DNA of 64,000 bases from Eubacteriales bacterium. Its GTDB lineage: Bacteria > Bacillota > Clostridia > Oscillospirales > Butyricicoccaceae. Positions 46,814-55,498 of the stretch are shown here, piece after piece (position 1 is the stretch's first letter; each line of letters starts with the position of its first letter). The notes under the pieces are model-generated. The model did not search any database. It was not told the origin of the DNA and saw only the letters and a list, made by a program, of their open reading frames with translations. The position numbers and the translations under genes are program-made. The stretch is taken from NCBI GenBank assembly GCA_030540435.1, contig JAUNWG010000002.1, positions 8,276 through 72,275 of the forward strand, written 5' to 3'.

Positions 46814-48406
46814 ATGCTTACTGTCAATCATCTGAGCATCAATTTTGATGGAGAAAATTTATTTTCCGATGTCAACCTGAAATTTACCGAAGGCAACTGC
46901 TATGGCGTCATCGGCGCCAACGGCGCAGGCAAGTCCACCTTCCTGCGTATGCTGTCCGGCGATCTGGAGCCGTCTACCGGCACAGTAGAACTTGATCCCA
47001 AGCTGCGCATGTCTGTGCTGCGGCAGGACCACTTTGCCTTTGATGAATTTACCGTTCTGGATACCATCATCCAGGGCAATCCGCGCCTGTATGAGATCAT
47101 GCAGGAAAAGGATGCGCTGTATGCGAAGGACCCGTTTACCGAAGCGGACGGCATCCGCGCCGCTGAGCTGGAAGCGGAATTTGCCGAGCTGGACGGCTGG
47201 AACGCCGATACCGAAGCCGGACGCCTGCTGCAAGGTCTTGGCTTAAAGGCAGATGATATCCTCTACAGCGGTATGAAATACCGTGCAGATACCGAAAAGG
47301 TCAAGATCCTGCTGGCGCAGGCATTGTTCGGCAAGCCGGATATCATGCTGCTGGACGAGCCGACCAACCATCTGGACGAGCGTTCCATCCGCTGGCTGGA
47401 GGATTTTCTGGCAGAATATGAAGGTACCGTCATCGTTGTATCGCATGACCGTCACTTCCTGAACAATGTATGTACCCACATCGTCGATATCGACTATGGC
47501 AAGGTAAAGCTGTATGTCGGCAACTATGAATTCTGGTATCAGTCCTCCCAGCTGGTTCAGCGCACGCTGAATGACCAGAAGAAAAAGGCAGATGAAAAAA
47601 TCCGCGAATTGCAGGAATTTATCCGCCGCTTTTCTGCGAACAAATCCAAGTCCCGACAGGCGACCAGCCGTAAAAAGCTGATCGACAAGCTGTCAGTTGA
47701 GGAGCTGCCCGCATCCTCCCGCCGCTATCCGTTTGTCGGCTTTACGATGGACCGCGAGCCGGGCAAGGATATTCTTGAGGTGAACGATATCTCCAAGACG
47801 ATCGACGGCGAAAAGATTCTGAACCATGTTTCGTTCCGCGTTGCGCGCGGGGATAAAATCGCATTCGTTGGCAAGACCGAGCAGGCGGCTACCACGCTGT
47901 TCCAAATCCTGATGGGTGAAATGGAGCCGGATGAAGGCTCGTTTAAGTGGGGCGTTTCCACCAGCCAGTCGTATTTCCCGAAGGACAACTCCGCGTTCTT
48001 TAACGATCATGAGGAAAACATGCTGGATTGGCTCGCGCCCTATTCCCGCACGGATACGCTGGAAACCACGCTGCGTTCGTTCTTAGGCAAAATGCTGTTT
48101 TCCGGCAACGATGTATACAAGTCGGTCAGCGTGCTGTCCGGCGGTGAAAAAGTCCGCTGTATGCTGGCGCGCATGATGCTGTTCGGCTCGAATGTCCTCG
48201 TCGTCGACCAGCCGACCAACCACCTCGATCTGGAATCCATCACCGCAGTCAACAACGGCCTGATCGATTTCAAGGGCAATGTGCTGTTTGCTTCCCATGA
48301 CCATGAGTTCACGCAGACCATCGCCAACCGCATCATTGAGATCAACGAAAACGGCGTGTGGGACAAGCAGTGCACGTATGATGAATATTTGGAAATTAGA
48401 GGATAA
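46814..48406 (+). CDS. ABC-F family ATPase (two ABC domains, no TM domain)
   Basis: 530 aa with two Walker A / signature sets (GANGAGKST ... LSGGEKVR). Confidence 0.93.
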   Translation: MLTVNHLSINFDGENLFSDVNLKFTEGNCYGVIGANGAGKSTFLRMLSGDLEPSTGTVELDPKLRMSVLRQDHFAFDEFTVLDTIIQGNPRLYEIMQEKDALYAKDPFTEADGIRAAELEAEFAELDGWNADTEAGRLLQGLGLKADDILYSGMKYRADTEKVKILLAQALFGKPDIMLLDEPTNHLDERSIRWLEDFLAEYEGTVIVVSHDRHFLNNVCTHIVDIDYGKVKLYVGNYEFWYQSSQLVQRTLNDQKKKADEKIRELQEFIRRFSANKSKSRQATSRKKLIDKLSVEELPASSRRYPFVGFTMDREPGKDILEVNDISKTIDGEKILNHVSFRVARGDKIAFVGKTEQAATTLFQILMGEMEPDEGSFKWGVSTSQSYFPKDNSAFFNDHEENMLDWLAPYSRTDTLETTLRSFLGKMLFSGNDVYKSVSVLSGGEKVRCMLARMMLFGSNVLVVDQPTNHLDLESITAVNNGLIDFKGNVLFASHDHEFTQTIANRIIEINENGVWDKQCTYDEYLEIRG

Positions 48407-48435
48407 TGATTGATCGCTGAAAGATTTTCTCCGAT

Positions 48436-48657
48436 GCGTTTGGAAATTTTATGCAATCAACAATTTTACCGCGATTAAAGAGAGGGAACCGACGTCGGTT
48501 CCCTCTCTTCGCTCTCCTTCGACGCCAAAGAACCTATGGTTCTCTGGACTCTCCTTTACCTAGCCGCGCTTGCGCTCCATGACACCAAAAGCGCCGCGCG
48601 CGGCATGTACCGCGATGGCTGAGAGTTCGTGTAAGCGACAGCGCCCGTTCATCTCAG
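48436..48657 (+). repeat. family-B modular hairpin repeat, copy B1
   Basis: Modules a (diverged), b (AGAGAGGGAACC-GACGTC-GGTTCCCTCTCT), c (..GCCAAAGAACCTATGGTTCTCTGGACTCTCCT) and d (..AGCCGCGCTTGCGCTC.ATGACACCAAAAGCGCCGCGCGCGGCAT). Near-identical to 58960-59090. Confidence 0.85.
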
Positions 48658-48775
48658 CATACAGAATGATCTCGCCTTCTGATAAAAATTTCCAGTCATA
48701 TTTTGTAAGGTATTCCCATTCCCGTGATACATGTAGTATGCTATACTATAAATATAGCATAAAGGAGGGATTGGA

Positions 48776-49312
48776 ATGAAAGTGAAAAACACCCGCGTAA
48801 TCGGCGTTGTAGCACTGATTCTGTCAACTTTTTTGATTCTGTTTGATATTCATCACCTTGAAGTGGAACTGGCCTCTCCCGAATACAAAGCTAAGCAGTT
48901 TCTCGCGCAATATGGTTGGTCGGCGGGGCAGATCGAAAAGCGATCCTCTACCCTGTGCGATACGTTTGTAGGAGAGTACGCGATCATCCTACCGGAGGAA
49001 ATTGAACAGGCAAATGCCGCCGTCGGTTTTCCCGCAAATATGGATTTTCTTACACAGGAAACGCCCATGGTATATCTTGCAAATAATCTCACGTATCTTG
49101 AAACACAGACAGATCTTTTTTACAACGGAACAAATCCGCCAGATAACGATATGGCATATGCTTGGACCTACTATGGAATTTACTGCTTTTTTGATCCGCA
49201 TTCGTCCGAGTTGACCGGTGCGTTCCTGTACCGCTTCTGCACAGATTCCCAGCAGGGCGCAGTCTATCCGCTGACGCTCAGCGCAGAGGAAGTCACCGCG
49301 CTGCCGCAATAG
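48776..49312 (+). CDS. membrane-anchored hypothetical protein (possibly DUF4830-like)
   Basis: AAAGGAGGG RBS. N-terminal TM segment VIGVVALILSTFLILF then ...AKQFLAQYGWSAG. GC looks lower than the flanks. Confidence 0.6.
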   Translation: MKVKNTRVIGVVALILSTFLILFDIHHLEVELASPEYKAKQFLAQYGWSAGQIEKRSSTLCDTFVGEYAIILPEEIEQANAAVGFPANMDFLTQETPMVYLANNLTYLETQTDLFYNGTNPPDNDMAYAWTYYGIYCFFDPHSSELTGAFLYRFCTDSQQGAVYPLTLSAEEVTALPQ

Positions 49313-49324
49313 AAAAATTAGTAT

Positions 49325-49588
49325 ATGAAAATGAAAGAAAAACGATGTCCCTACTGCGGAAAGCCGCTGGCACAGGGTTATATGCAAAGCCCACGCCCGA
49401 TCAGCTGGCTTCCAAAAAAGCTAAAATTATTTACTGATTCCGGATTCCGCGAGAATGGCGCCATCGTATTGTCCGAGGGCAAGCCGCTTGCCGCGCCCTG
49501 CGTCATCGCCTATCACTGCGCTGACTGCAAAAAGGTAATCATTGATTACACGGACAATGCCTGCGACTACTATGCGGATCAGACCTAA
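49325..49588 (+). CDS. small zinc-ribbon protein (87 aa)
   Basis: CPYCG ... CADCK four-Cys pattern. Weak RBS. Confidence 0.5.
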   Translation: MKMKEKRCPYCGKPLAQGYMQSPRPISWLPKKLKLFTDSGFRENGAIVLSEGKPLAAPCVIAYHCADCKKVIIDYTDNACDYYADQT

Positions 49589-49713
49589 AACGCAATACTG
49601 CAAATAACAGGGGTCTGTGCCCGACGCGGCGCAGGCTCCTGCTGCATTTCCCGCGTTTTCCTGCATATCCTACTCCCCTGTCCGCATAGGTTTAGGACAA
49701 AGGAGGGATGACT

Positions 49714-52323
49714 ATGACCGGAAGCGGCGGACTGAGTGCAGGGGAAGTACGTCTGTCTCGGCAACAGCATGGTTCCAACTGCCTGGAAAAGCAGGCCGGC
49801 AGCAGTCTGCTGTCCCGCTTTCTGGAAGGCTTTTCTGACCCGATCATCCGCATTTTGCTCATTGCACTTGCGATCAACGTTGTCTTTATGCTGCGCGGTG
49901 CGCCGTGGTTCGAAACAGCGGGCATTGCGATTGCGGTATTTCTAGCTACCTTTGTCTCTGCGCTGTCCGAATATGGCAGTGATGCTGCTTTCCGACGGAT
50001 GCAGGCGGAAGCCGCTGCCATTTCCTGTCGCGTGCGCAGAGACGGCGGTACCGTCTGTATCGTGCCGTCCGATGATATCGTCTGCGGCGACCTTGTCCTA
50101 TTACAGGCCGGGGAACGCATTCCAGCGGATGGCTTCCTGCGCGAAGGTAGTCTGGAGGTCGACCAATCCGCCCTGACGGGCGAAAGCCGGGAGGTTCACA
50201 AATACCCGCAGGAGAAAAACACGCCTGCGGATCACCCCGGCCTGCTGTTCCGCGGCAGTGTCATCCTGTCTGGTGAAGGGCTGATGGAGGTCACAGCAGT
50301 CGGCAGCAAGACCATGTATGGCGATATGGCAAAGCAGATGCAGGCGGATACGCGGGAAAGCCCGCTGCATGTACGTCTGGACGCACTCGCCGGCATGATC
50401 AGCAGACTGGGCATTGCGGCAGCTGTCCTTGTCGCTGCCTCCGATCTGTTTCTCTCCCTGTTTGTACAGCATGGGCTGTCACAGGGCATTGCAGCCATCT
50501 TCCAGCATGTCCTGCATGCGATTACCCTTGCCGTGACAGTGCTTGTTGTCGCTGTGCCGGAGGGTCTGCCGATGATGATAACCGTCGTTCTGTCCTCCAA
50601 CATGGTGCGCATGATGCGCGACCACGTGCTGGTGCGCCGCCTGACCGGCATCGAAACCGCAGGCAGTATGAATATCCTGTTTACCGATAAAACCGGTACG
50701 CTGACCTGCGGCCGCATGACAGCGGAGCTGGTCTTTGCCGGCGATGGCACGCGGTTTGACGGCATTCCCTCCCTGCGCGCCAGCGCTGCTGCACTGTACC
50801 GGCAGGTCTATGCCGATTGCCGCTATAATTCCGGTGGTTCGATCTCTGCGGGCGGTGTTTCCGGCGGCAATGCGACCGACCGCGCCCTGCTATATGCCAT
50901 CCTGCCGATGGCAGCGGCGGAAGCGCCCGAACAGCTTGGGGATAAGGTTTTGTTCGATTCCCGCCGCAAATATGCAGCGGTACGTCTGCCGTCGCGTGCG
51001 TTGACGCTGGTGCGCGGCGCGCCGGAGATCCTGTTGCCGCGCTGTACACAGTTTCTCGCGCCGGATGGCACGGCACATCCGCTGTCCAAGGCAATCCCGC
51101 AGCGTATCCTACAGGAACAGGCGGCAGAGGGCGGGCGCGTCATCGCCATGGCAGTCACCGACCGTACGGTGACGGCGGACAGCATCCCATCCGGTTTGAC
51201 GCTGACCGCGCTCATCGTCCTGCGCGACCCGGTGCGGCAGGAAACGCCGGAAGCGGTCTATCAGCTGAAAACCGCCGGCATCCGCACGGTCATGCTGACC
51301 GGCGATCACCCAGACACGGCACGTACCGTTGCACGGCGGTGCGGGCTTTTGGAGCCGGGGCATGACCTCATTGTGGACAGCGCCACACTTGCCGCGTGGT
51401 CAGACATAGAACTGGAACAAAAACTGCCGCAGCTGGCGGTTGTCGCGCGCGCCATGCCCTCCGACAAGGTGCGGCTTGTACAGGCGGCACAGCGCTGCGG
51501 TATGGTAGCAGGCATGACCGGTGACGGCGTAAACGACGCCCCTGCCCTCAAGCTGGCGGACGTCGGCTTCGCTATGGGCAGTGGGACGGCGGTGGCACGG
51601 GAGGCCGGGGATATTGTCATCACCAACGACAACCTCGCTTCCATTGCACGTGCGGTGCTGTACGGACGCACGATTTTTAAAAGCATTCGGAAATTCCTTG
51701 TTTTCCAGTTGACGATGAACGTCTGCGCCGTCGGTGTGTCCATCGTCGGGCCGCTGCTCGGGATCGACACGCCGGTTACAGTCATGCAAATGCTGTGGAT
51801 CAACCTGATTATGGATACACTTGCCGGGCTTGCTTTTTCCGGCGAACCGCCGCTGGCGGAATATATGCGTGAGCCGCCCAAACGACGGGATGAACCGGTA
51901 CTCAACCAGTATATGAAAAGCCAGCTCATTGGAACTGGAGTATATACCATTTTGCTGTGCGTCGTGTTTCTGTGGGCGCGACCGGTGCGGATTTTCTTCG
52001 GCTATGCCGCTGACCCGCTGCGCTTTTTGACCGCATTTTTCGCACTGTTTATCTTCTGCGGCATTTTCAATGCGTTCAACGCCCGCACCCATCGGCTGAA
52101 CCTGCTGGCGCATATTGCAAAAAACCCGCTGTTTGTATGCATTATGGCGGCTGTCACCGTCGTACAGCTCGCACTGATCTATTTCGGTGGTGCGCTGTTC
52201 CGCACGACACCGCTGGCACTGGTCGAGCTTGCCGCAGCGGCGATCCTTGCCTTGTCTGTCATTCCGGCAGATATCATACGGAAGCTGAGCCTGCGCATGC
52301 GCGGTCGGGAGCGGAATTTTTAA
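49714..52323 (+). CDS. cation-transporting P-type ATPase (Ca2+-type, P2)
   Basis: DKTGTLT phosphorylation motif and TGDGVNDAPALK hinge, with about 10 TM segments. ATG 49714 lies 7 nt after AGGAGG. The tracked start 49708 is too close to the RBS. Confidence 0.94.
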   Translation: MTGSGGLSAGEVRLSRQQHGSNCLEKQAGSSLLSRFLEGFSDPIIRILLIALAINVVFMLRGAPWFETAGIAIAVFLATFVSALSEYGSDAAFRRMQAEAAAISCRVRRDGGTVCIVPSDDIVCGDLVLLQAGERIPADGFLREGSLEVDQSALTGESREVHKYPQEKNTPADHPGLLFRGSVILSGEGLMEVTAVGSKTMYGDMAKQMQADTRESPLHVRLDALAGMISRLGIAAAVLVAASDLFLSLFVQHGLSQGIAAIFQHVLHAITLAVTVLVVAVPEGLPMMITVVLSSNMVRMMRDHVLVRRLTGIETAGSMNILFTDKTGTLTCGRMTAELVFAGDGTRFDGIPSLRASAAALYRQVYADCRYNSGGSISAGGVSGGNATDRALLYAILPMAAAEAPEQLGDKVLFDSRRKYAAVRLPSRALTLVRGAPEILLPRCTQFLAPDGTAHPLSKAIPQRILQEQAAEGGRVIAMAVTDRTVTADSIPSGLTLTALIVLRDPVRQETPEAVYQLKTAGIRTVMLTGDHPDTARTVARRCGLLEPGHDLIVDSATLAAWSDIELEQKLPQLAVVARAMPSDKVRLVQAAQRCGMVAGMTGDGVNDAPALKLADVGFAMGSGTAVAREAGDIVITNDNLASIARAVLYGRTIFKSIRKFLVFQLTMNVCAVGVSIVGPLLGIDTPVTVMQMLWINLIMDTLAGLAFSGEPPLAEYMREPPKRRDEPVLNQYMKSQLIGTGVYTILLCVVFLWARPVRIFFGYAADPLRFLTAFFALFIFCGIFNAFNARTHRLNLLAHIAKNPLFVCIMAAVTVVQLALIYFGGALFRTTPLALVELAAAAILALSVIPADIIRKLSLRMRGRERNF

Positions 52324-52333
52324 AACAAGGGTC

Positions 52334-52362
52334 TTGTGTCATAAACTTCTCTGTGCTATAAT
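52334..52362 (+). promoter_or_regulatory. putative promoter of the antitoxin-like sRNA
   Basis: TTGTGT (52334-39), 17 nt, TATAAT (52357-62), preceded by TGc (extended -10). No ORF follows. Confidence 0.5.
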
Positions 52363-52368
52363 ATACAT

Positions 52369-52445
52369 GCAATAAGAAAAGATTGTTTATTATGTACCAT
52401 CTATAGGTGGAGAAAACCCCGGAGTTGCCGCTCCGGGGTTTTCAT
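52369..52445 (+). ncRNA. candidate ~77-nt antitoxin sRNA (RNA II-like)
   Basis: Contains three blocks (52374-88, 52391-99, 52402-10) identical to the plus-strand sequence of the toxin translation-initiation region, and therefore complementary to the toxin mRNA. Ends in the bidirectional terminator ACCCCGGAG-TTGCCG-CTCCGGGGT + TTTT (52416-52442). Confidence 0.45.
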
Positions 52446-52458
52446 TATAGGCTGATTG

Positions 52459-52566
52459 TCACTTCTTGTCAGATCTCTTGACAAATCTTCTGTCCAGCCA
52501 CTTGCAAATATAGTACGCGGCTATACTCGCTCCGACAGAAATAAAAAAAGAAAAGATTGTTTCCAT
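52459..52566 (-). CDS. 35-aa hydrophobic peptide, Fst/PepA1-like type I toxin candidate
   Basis: GGAGGGAGGTGG (52585-52574) lies 7 nt before ATG 52566. METIFSFFISVGASIAAYYICKWLDRRFVKRSDKK has one TM helix plus a basic tail. Confidence 0.55.
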   Translation of the reverse strand: METIFSFFISVGASIAAYYICKWLDRRFVKRSDKK

Positions 52567-52614
52567 ATATGTACCACCTCCCTCCGCGTCAGTATAGGTG
52601 GTGACAACAGCATG

Positions 52615-52643
52615 ATTATACCATATCTCGACAGACTTCCCAA
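52615..52643 (-). promoter_or_regulatory. putative promoter of the toxin mRNA
   Basis: On the minus strand, TTGGGA (52643-38), 17 nt, TGgTATAAT (52623-15). Confidence 0.5.
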
Positions 52644-52659
52644 GCCTTTCCATCTAATT

Positions 52660-52694
52660 CTGTGGAAACCTCCCCGTTTCCACAGGATTTTTTT
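52660..52694 (+). terminator. strong plus-strand terminator upstream of the rib promoter
   Basis: 10-bp stem CTGTGGAAAC / GTTTCCACAG followed by GATTTTTTT. Confidence 0.7.
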
Positions 52695-52713
52695 GTAACA
52701 TTTCACGAAGCTA

Positions 52714-52742
52714 TTGCATTTCCTGTGGCTATGTAGTATACT
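52714..52742 (+). promoter_or_regulatory. putative promoter of the rib operon
   Basis: TTGCAT (52714-19), 17 nt, TATACT (52737-42), about 25 nt before the riboswitch. Confidence 0.55.
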
Positions 52743-52764
52743 TGTAATCGTCAAGAAAATAACA

Positions 52765-52886
52765 TTGTTCTTCAGGGCAGGGCGAAATTCCCTACCGGCG
52801 GTACAGCCCGCGACCCGCTGGAGTTTTCCAGCGGCTGATCCGGTTTCATTCCGGAGCCGACAGTTATAGTCTGGATGGAAGAAGAC
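52765..52886 (+). promoter_or_regulatory. FMN riboswitch (RFN element) aptamer
   Basis: GTTCTTCAGGGCAGGGCGAAATTCCCTACCGGCGGTACAGCCCGCGA...GCCGACAGTTATAGTCTGGATGGAAGAAGAC matches the conserved RFN core. Lies upstream of ribD. Confidence 0.93.
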
Positions 52887-52922
52887 ACAATCGGGGCATG
52901 TATCATGTCCTTTGTTTCTGGT

Positions 52923-52957
52923 GCCCTGTTCCGCAACATGCGGCAACAGGCTTTTTT
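52923..52957 (+). terminator. riboswitch expression-platform terminator
   Basis: GCCCTGTTCCGC...GCGGCAACAGGC hairpin followed by TTTTTT. Confidence 0.65.
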
Positions 52958-52966
52958 ATTTCGTCT

Positions 52967-52999
52967 GCCCTGTTTTGCTGCGTAAAACAGGGCTTTTTT
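52967..52999 (+). terminator. second tandem terminator hairpin before ribD
   Basis: Perfect 10-bp stem GCCCTGTTTT / AAAACAGGGC followed by TTTTTT. Confidence 0.6.
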
Positions 53000-53020
53000 G
53001 TTTGGAGCTGATATATAAAA

Positions 53021-54124
53021 ATGGCAGATCAAACTGATATTACCTATATGCGCCGCGCGCTGGAGCTTGCTGTCCGCGGCGCCGGACATGTTTCCCCTAA
53101 CCCGATGGTCGGCGCAGTGATCGTAAAGGATGGGCGCATCATTGGCGAGGGCTGGCATGAGCGCATCGGCGGCCTGCACGCGGAGCGCAATGCCTTCAAG
53201 CACTGCACCGAGGACTGCACCGGTGCAACAATCTATGTCACGCTGGAGCCGTGCTGCCACTGGGGCCGCACACCGCCCTGCACCGATGCGATCATGGAGC
53301 ATAAAATCTCCCGTGTGGTTGTCGGCTGTCTGGACCCAAATCCGCTGGTCGCGGGCAAGGGCCTGCGCATCCTGCGCGATGCAGGCATCGAATGCGTTGC
53401 CGGTGTGCTGGAGGATGAATGCCTTGCAGTCAACGAGATATTTTTCCACTATATTACAACAAAAACTCCGTTCGTCGTGATGAAATACGCCATGACGCTG
53501 GACGGCAGGATTGCCGCCTTTACCGGCGATTCCAAATGGATCACCAGTGAAACCGCACGCAAACACGCGCACGAAACACGCAAACGCCTGAGCGCCATCA
53601 TGGTCGGCATCGGTACGGTACTTGCCGACGACCCGATGCTCAACTGCCGCATTGAATCCGGCGTTGACCCGCTCCGTCTGGTGTGCGACAGCCATCTGCG
53701 CACACCGCTGAACAGCCAGCTTGTCCGCACAGCAAAGGACATCCCGACGTGGATTTTCTGTGCGGATGCCGACGTCAGCCGCAAAACCGCATTGGAGGAT
53801 GCCGGTGTCACCGTCATCCCGATGCCGGACGAAACCGGCACACATGTCGATCTCGCCGCCGCGATGCAGTATCTTGGGCAGCAACAGGTGGACAGCATCC
53901 TGCTCGAAGGCGGCGGCACGCTCAACGGCGAAGCGCTGCGGCTCGGCCTAGTACACCGCGTACAGGCCTATATTGCCCCCAAGCTGATCGGCGGCAGTGC
54001 AGCACATGGCCCGGTCGGCGGCGCAGGCATTGCCCGTATGGCGGATGCGCTGCAGCTGGATGAGCTTACCATTACACGGCTGGGAGAAGATATCCTCATC
54101 GAAGGCCGTATCCGAAAGGACTGA
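53021..54124 (+). CDS. ribD: bifunctional riboflavin biosynthesis deaminase/reductase
   Basis: 367 aa. HAERNA and TLEPCCHWGRTPPC deaminase zinc motifs plus a C-terminal reductase domain. Confidence 0.96.
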   Translation: MADQTDITYMRRALELAVRGAGHVSPNPMVGAVIVKDGRIIGEGWHERIGGLHAERNAFKHCTEDCTGATIYVTLEPCCHWGRTPPCTDAIMEHKISRVVVGCLDPNPLVAGKGLRILRDAGIECVAGVLEDECLAVNEIFFHYITTKTPFVVMKYAMTLDGRIAAFTGDSKWITSETARKHAHETRKRLSAIMVGIGTVLADDPMLNCRIESGVDPLRLVCDSHLRTPLNSQLVRTAKDIPTWIFCADADVSRKTALEDAGVTVIPMPDETGTHVDLAAAMQYLGQQQVDSILLEGGGTLNGEALRLGLVHRVQAYIAPKLIGGSAAHGPVGGAGIARMADALQLDELTITRLGEDILIEGRIRKD

Positions 54125-54128
54125 GAGT

Positions 54129-54788
54129 ATGTTTACCGGAATTGTCGAAGAAGTCGGTGAGATCACCGGCCTGCGCCAGACGGCGACCAGCGCGGTACTC
54201 GGTGTGCGCGCAAAGACCGTCCTTGGCGGCACAAAGCTGGGCGATTCCATCGCAGTCAACGGCGTATGCCTGACCGTCGTCCGGCTGACTGGCGACGGCT
54301 TTGAGGGCGATGTCATGCCGGAGACGCTGCGCCGTACCAACCTCGGCGCGCTGCGCCCGAAATCCCGCGTCAATCTCGAACGTGCCATGGCGGCAGACGG
54401 ACGCTTCGGCGGGCATATCGTCGCCGGGCATGTGGATGGCACCGGCACCATCACCGACCTGTCGCCGGAGGGCAATGCGGTCTGGGTGACCATTTCCGCC
54501 GCGCCGGAGATCCTGCGCTACATTGTAGAAAAAGGCTCGATCACCATTGACGGCATCAGCCTGACCGTCGCTTATGTTGACGATACCTGCTTTAAGGTTT
54601 CCATCATTCCGCACACCGGGCAGGAAACCACCCTGCTCACGCGAAAGTCCGGTTATATCGTGAATCTGGAATGCGATATCATCGGCAAATATATTGAAAA
54701 GCTCATGAAACCCGCACCGGAGGAGGAAACCAATTCCGCTGGCAGCGGAATCTCGGTGGAGTTTTTGACACAGAACGGATTTCTATAA
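54129..54788 (+). CDS. ribE: riboflavin synthase (alpha chain)
   Basis: [12 protein letters not shown]... with the internal repeat [15 protein letters not shown] 54129. Confidence 0.95.
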   Translation: MFTGIVEEVGEITGLRQTATSAVLGVRAKTVLGGTKLGDSIAVNGVCLTVVRLTGDGFEGDVMPETLRRTNLGALRPKSRVNLERAMAADGRFGGHIVAGHVDGTGTITDLSPEGNAVWVTISAAPEILRYIVEKGSITIDGISLTVAYVDDTCFKVSIIPHTGQETTLLTRKSGYIVNLECDIIGKYIEKLMKPAPEEETNSAGSGISVEFLTQNGFL

Positions 54789-54811
54789 TGTCCTTTGAGG
54801 AGGCGTCTAGT

Positions 54812-55447
54812 ATGATGGAATATGATACTGTGGAACAAGCCCTCGCCGCACTGCGCGCGGGAAAAAATATTTTGGTCATCGACGACCCGGACCGTGAAAA
54901 CGAAGGGGATGTGATCTGCGCCGCAGAATTTGCTTCGACGGAAAATGTCAACTTCATGGCGACCCATGCCAAGGGTCTGATCTGTATGCCGATGAGCGGC
55001 GACTACTGTGACAAGCTCGATCTTCCGCAAATGGTCGAAAAGAACATGGACAATCACGAAACTGCATTTACGGTTTCCATCGACCATGTTTCCACTACCA
55101 CGGGTATTTCCGCAGAGGAACGCGGTATGACTGCCCGTGCGGTTGTTTCGCCGGATGCCAAGCCGGACGATTTCCGCCGTCCGGGGCACATGTTCCCGCT
55201 GCGCGCCAAGGAAGGCGGCGTATTTGTCCGCCGCGGTCACACGGAATCCACCGTCGACCTGTGCCGCCTTGCCGGTTTGCAGCCGGTCGGCCTGTGCTGT
55301 GAGATCATGCGGGACGACGGCACCATGATGCGCACCACGGAGCTAAAGGAATTTGCCAAACGGCACGGGCTGTGCATGATTACGGTTGCTGATCTGATCG
55401 CGTACCGCAAGCGTGTCGAAGCGCCGGCAGCACAGAAAACAGCTTAA
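54812..55447 (+). CDS. ribB: stand-alone 3,4-dihydroxy-2-butanone-4-phosphate synthase
   Basis: About 211 aa. [17 protein letters not shown] and [11 protein letters not shown] motifs. Ends at the DHBPS / GTP-cyclohydrolase II domain boundary. GAGGAGG RBS lies 8 nt upstream. Confidence 0.9.
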   Translation: MMEYDTVEQALAALRAGKNILVIDDPDRENEGDVICAAEFASTENVNFMATHAKGLICMPMSGDYCDKLDLPQMVEKNMDNHETAFTVSIDHVSTTTGISAEERGMTARAVVSPDAKPDDFRRPGHMFPLRAKEGGVFVRRGHTESTVDLCRLAGLQPVGLCCEIMRDDGTMMRTTELKEFAKRHGLCMITVADLIAYRKRVEAPAAQKTA

Positions 55448-55498
55448 CGAGAAACAATATAAAATCCCACTGTGGATTTTCATAAAGGAGGAGCCTAT

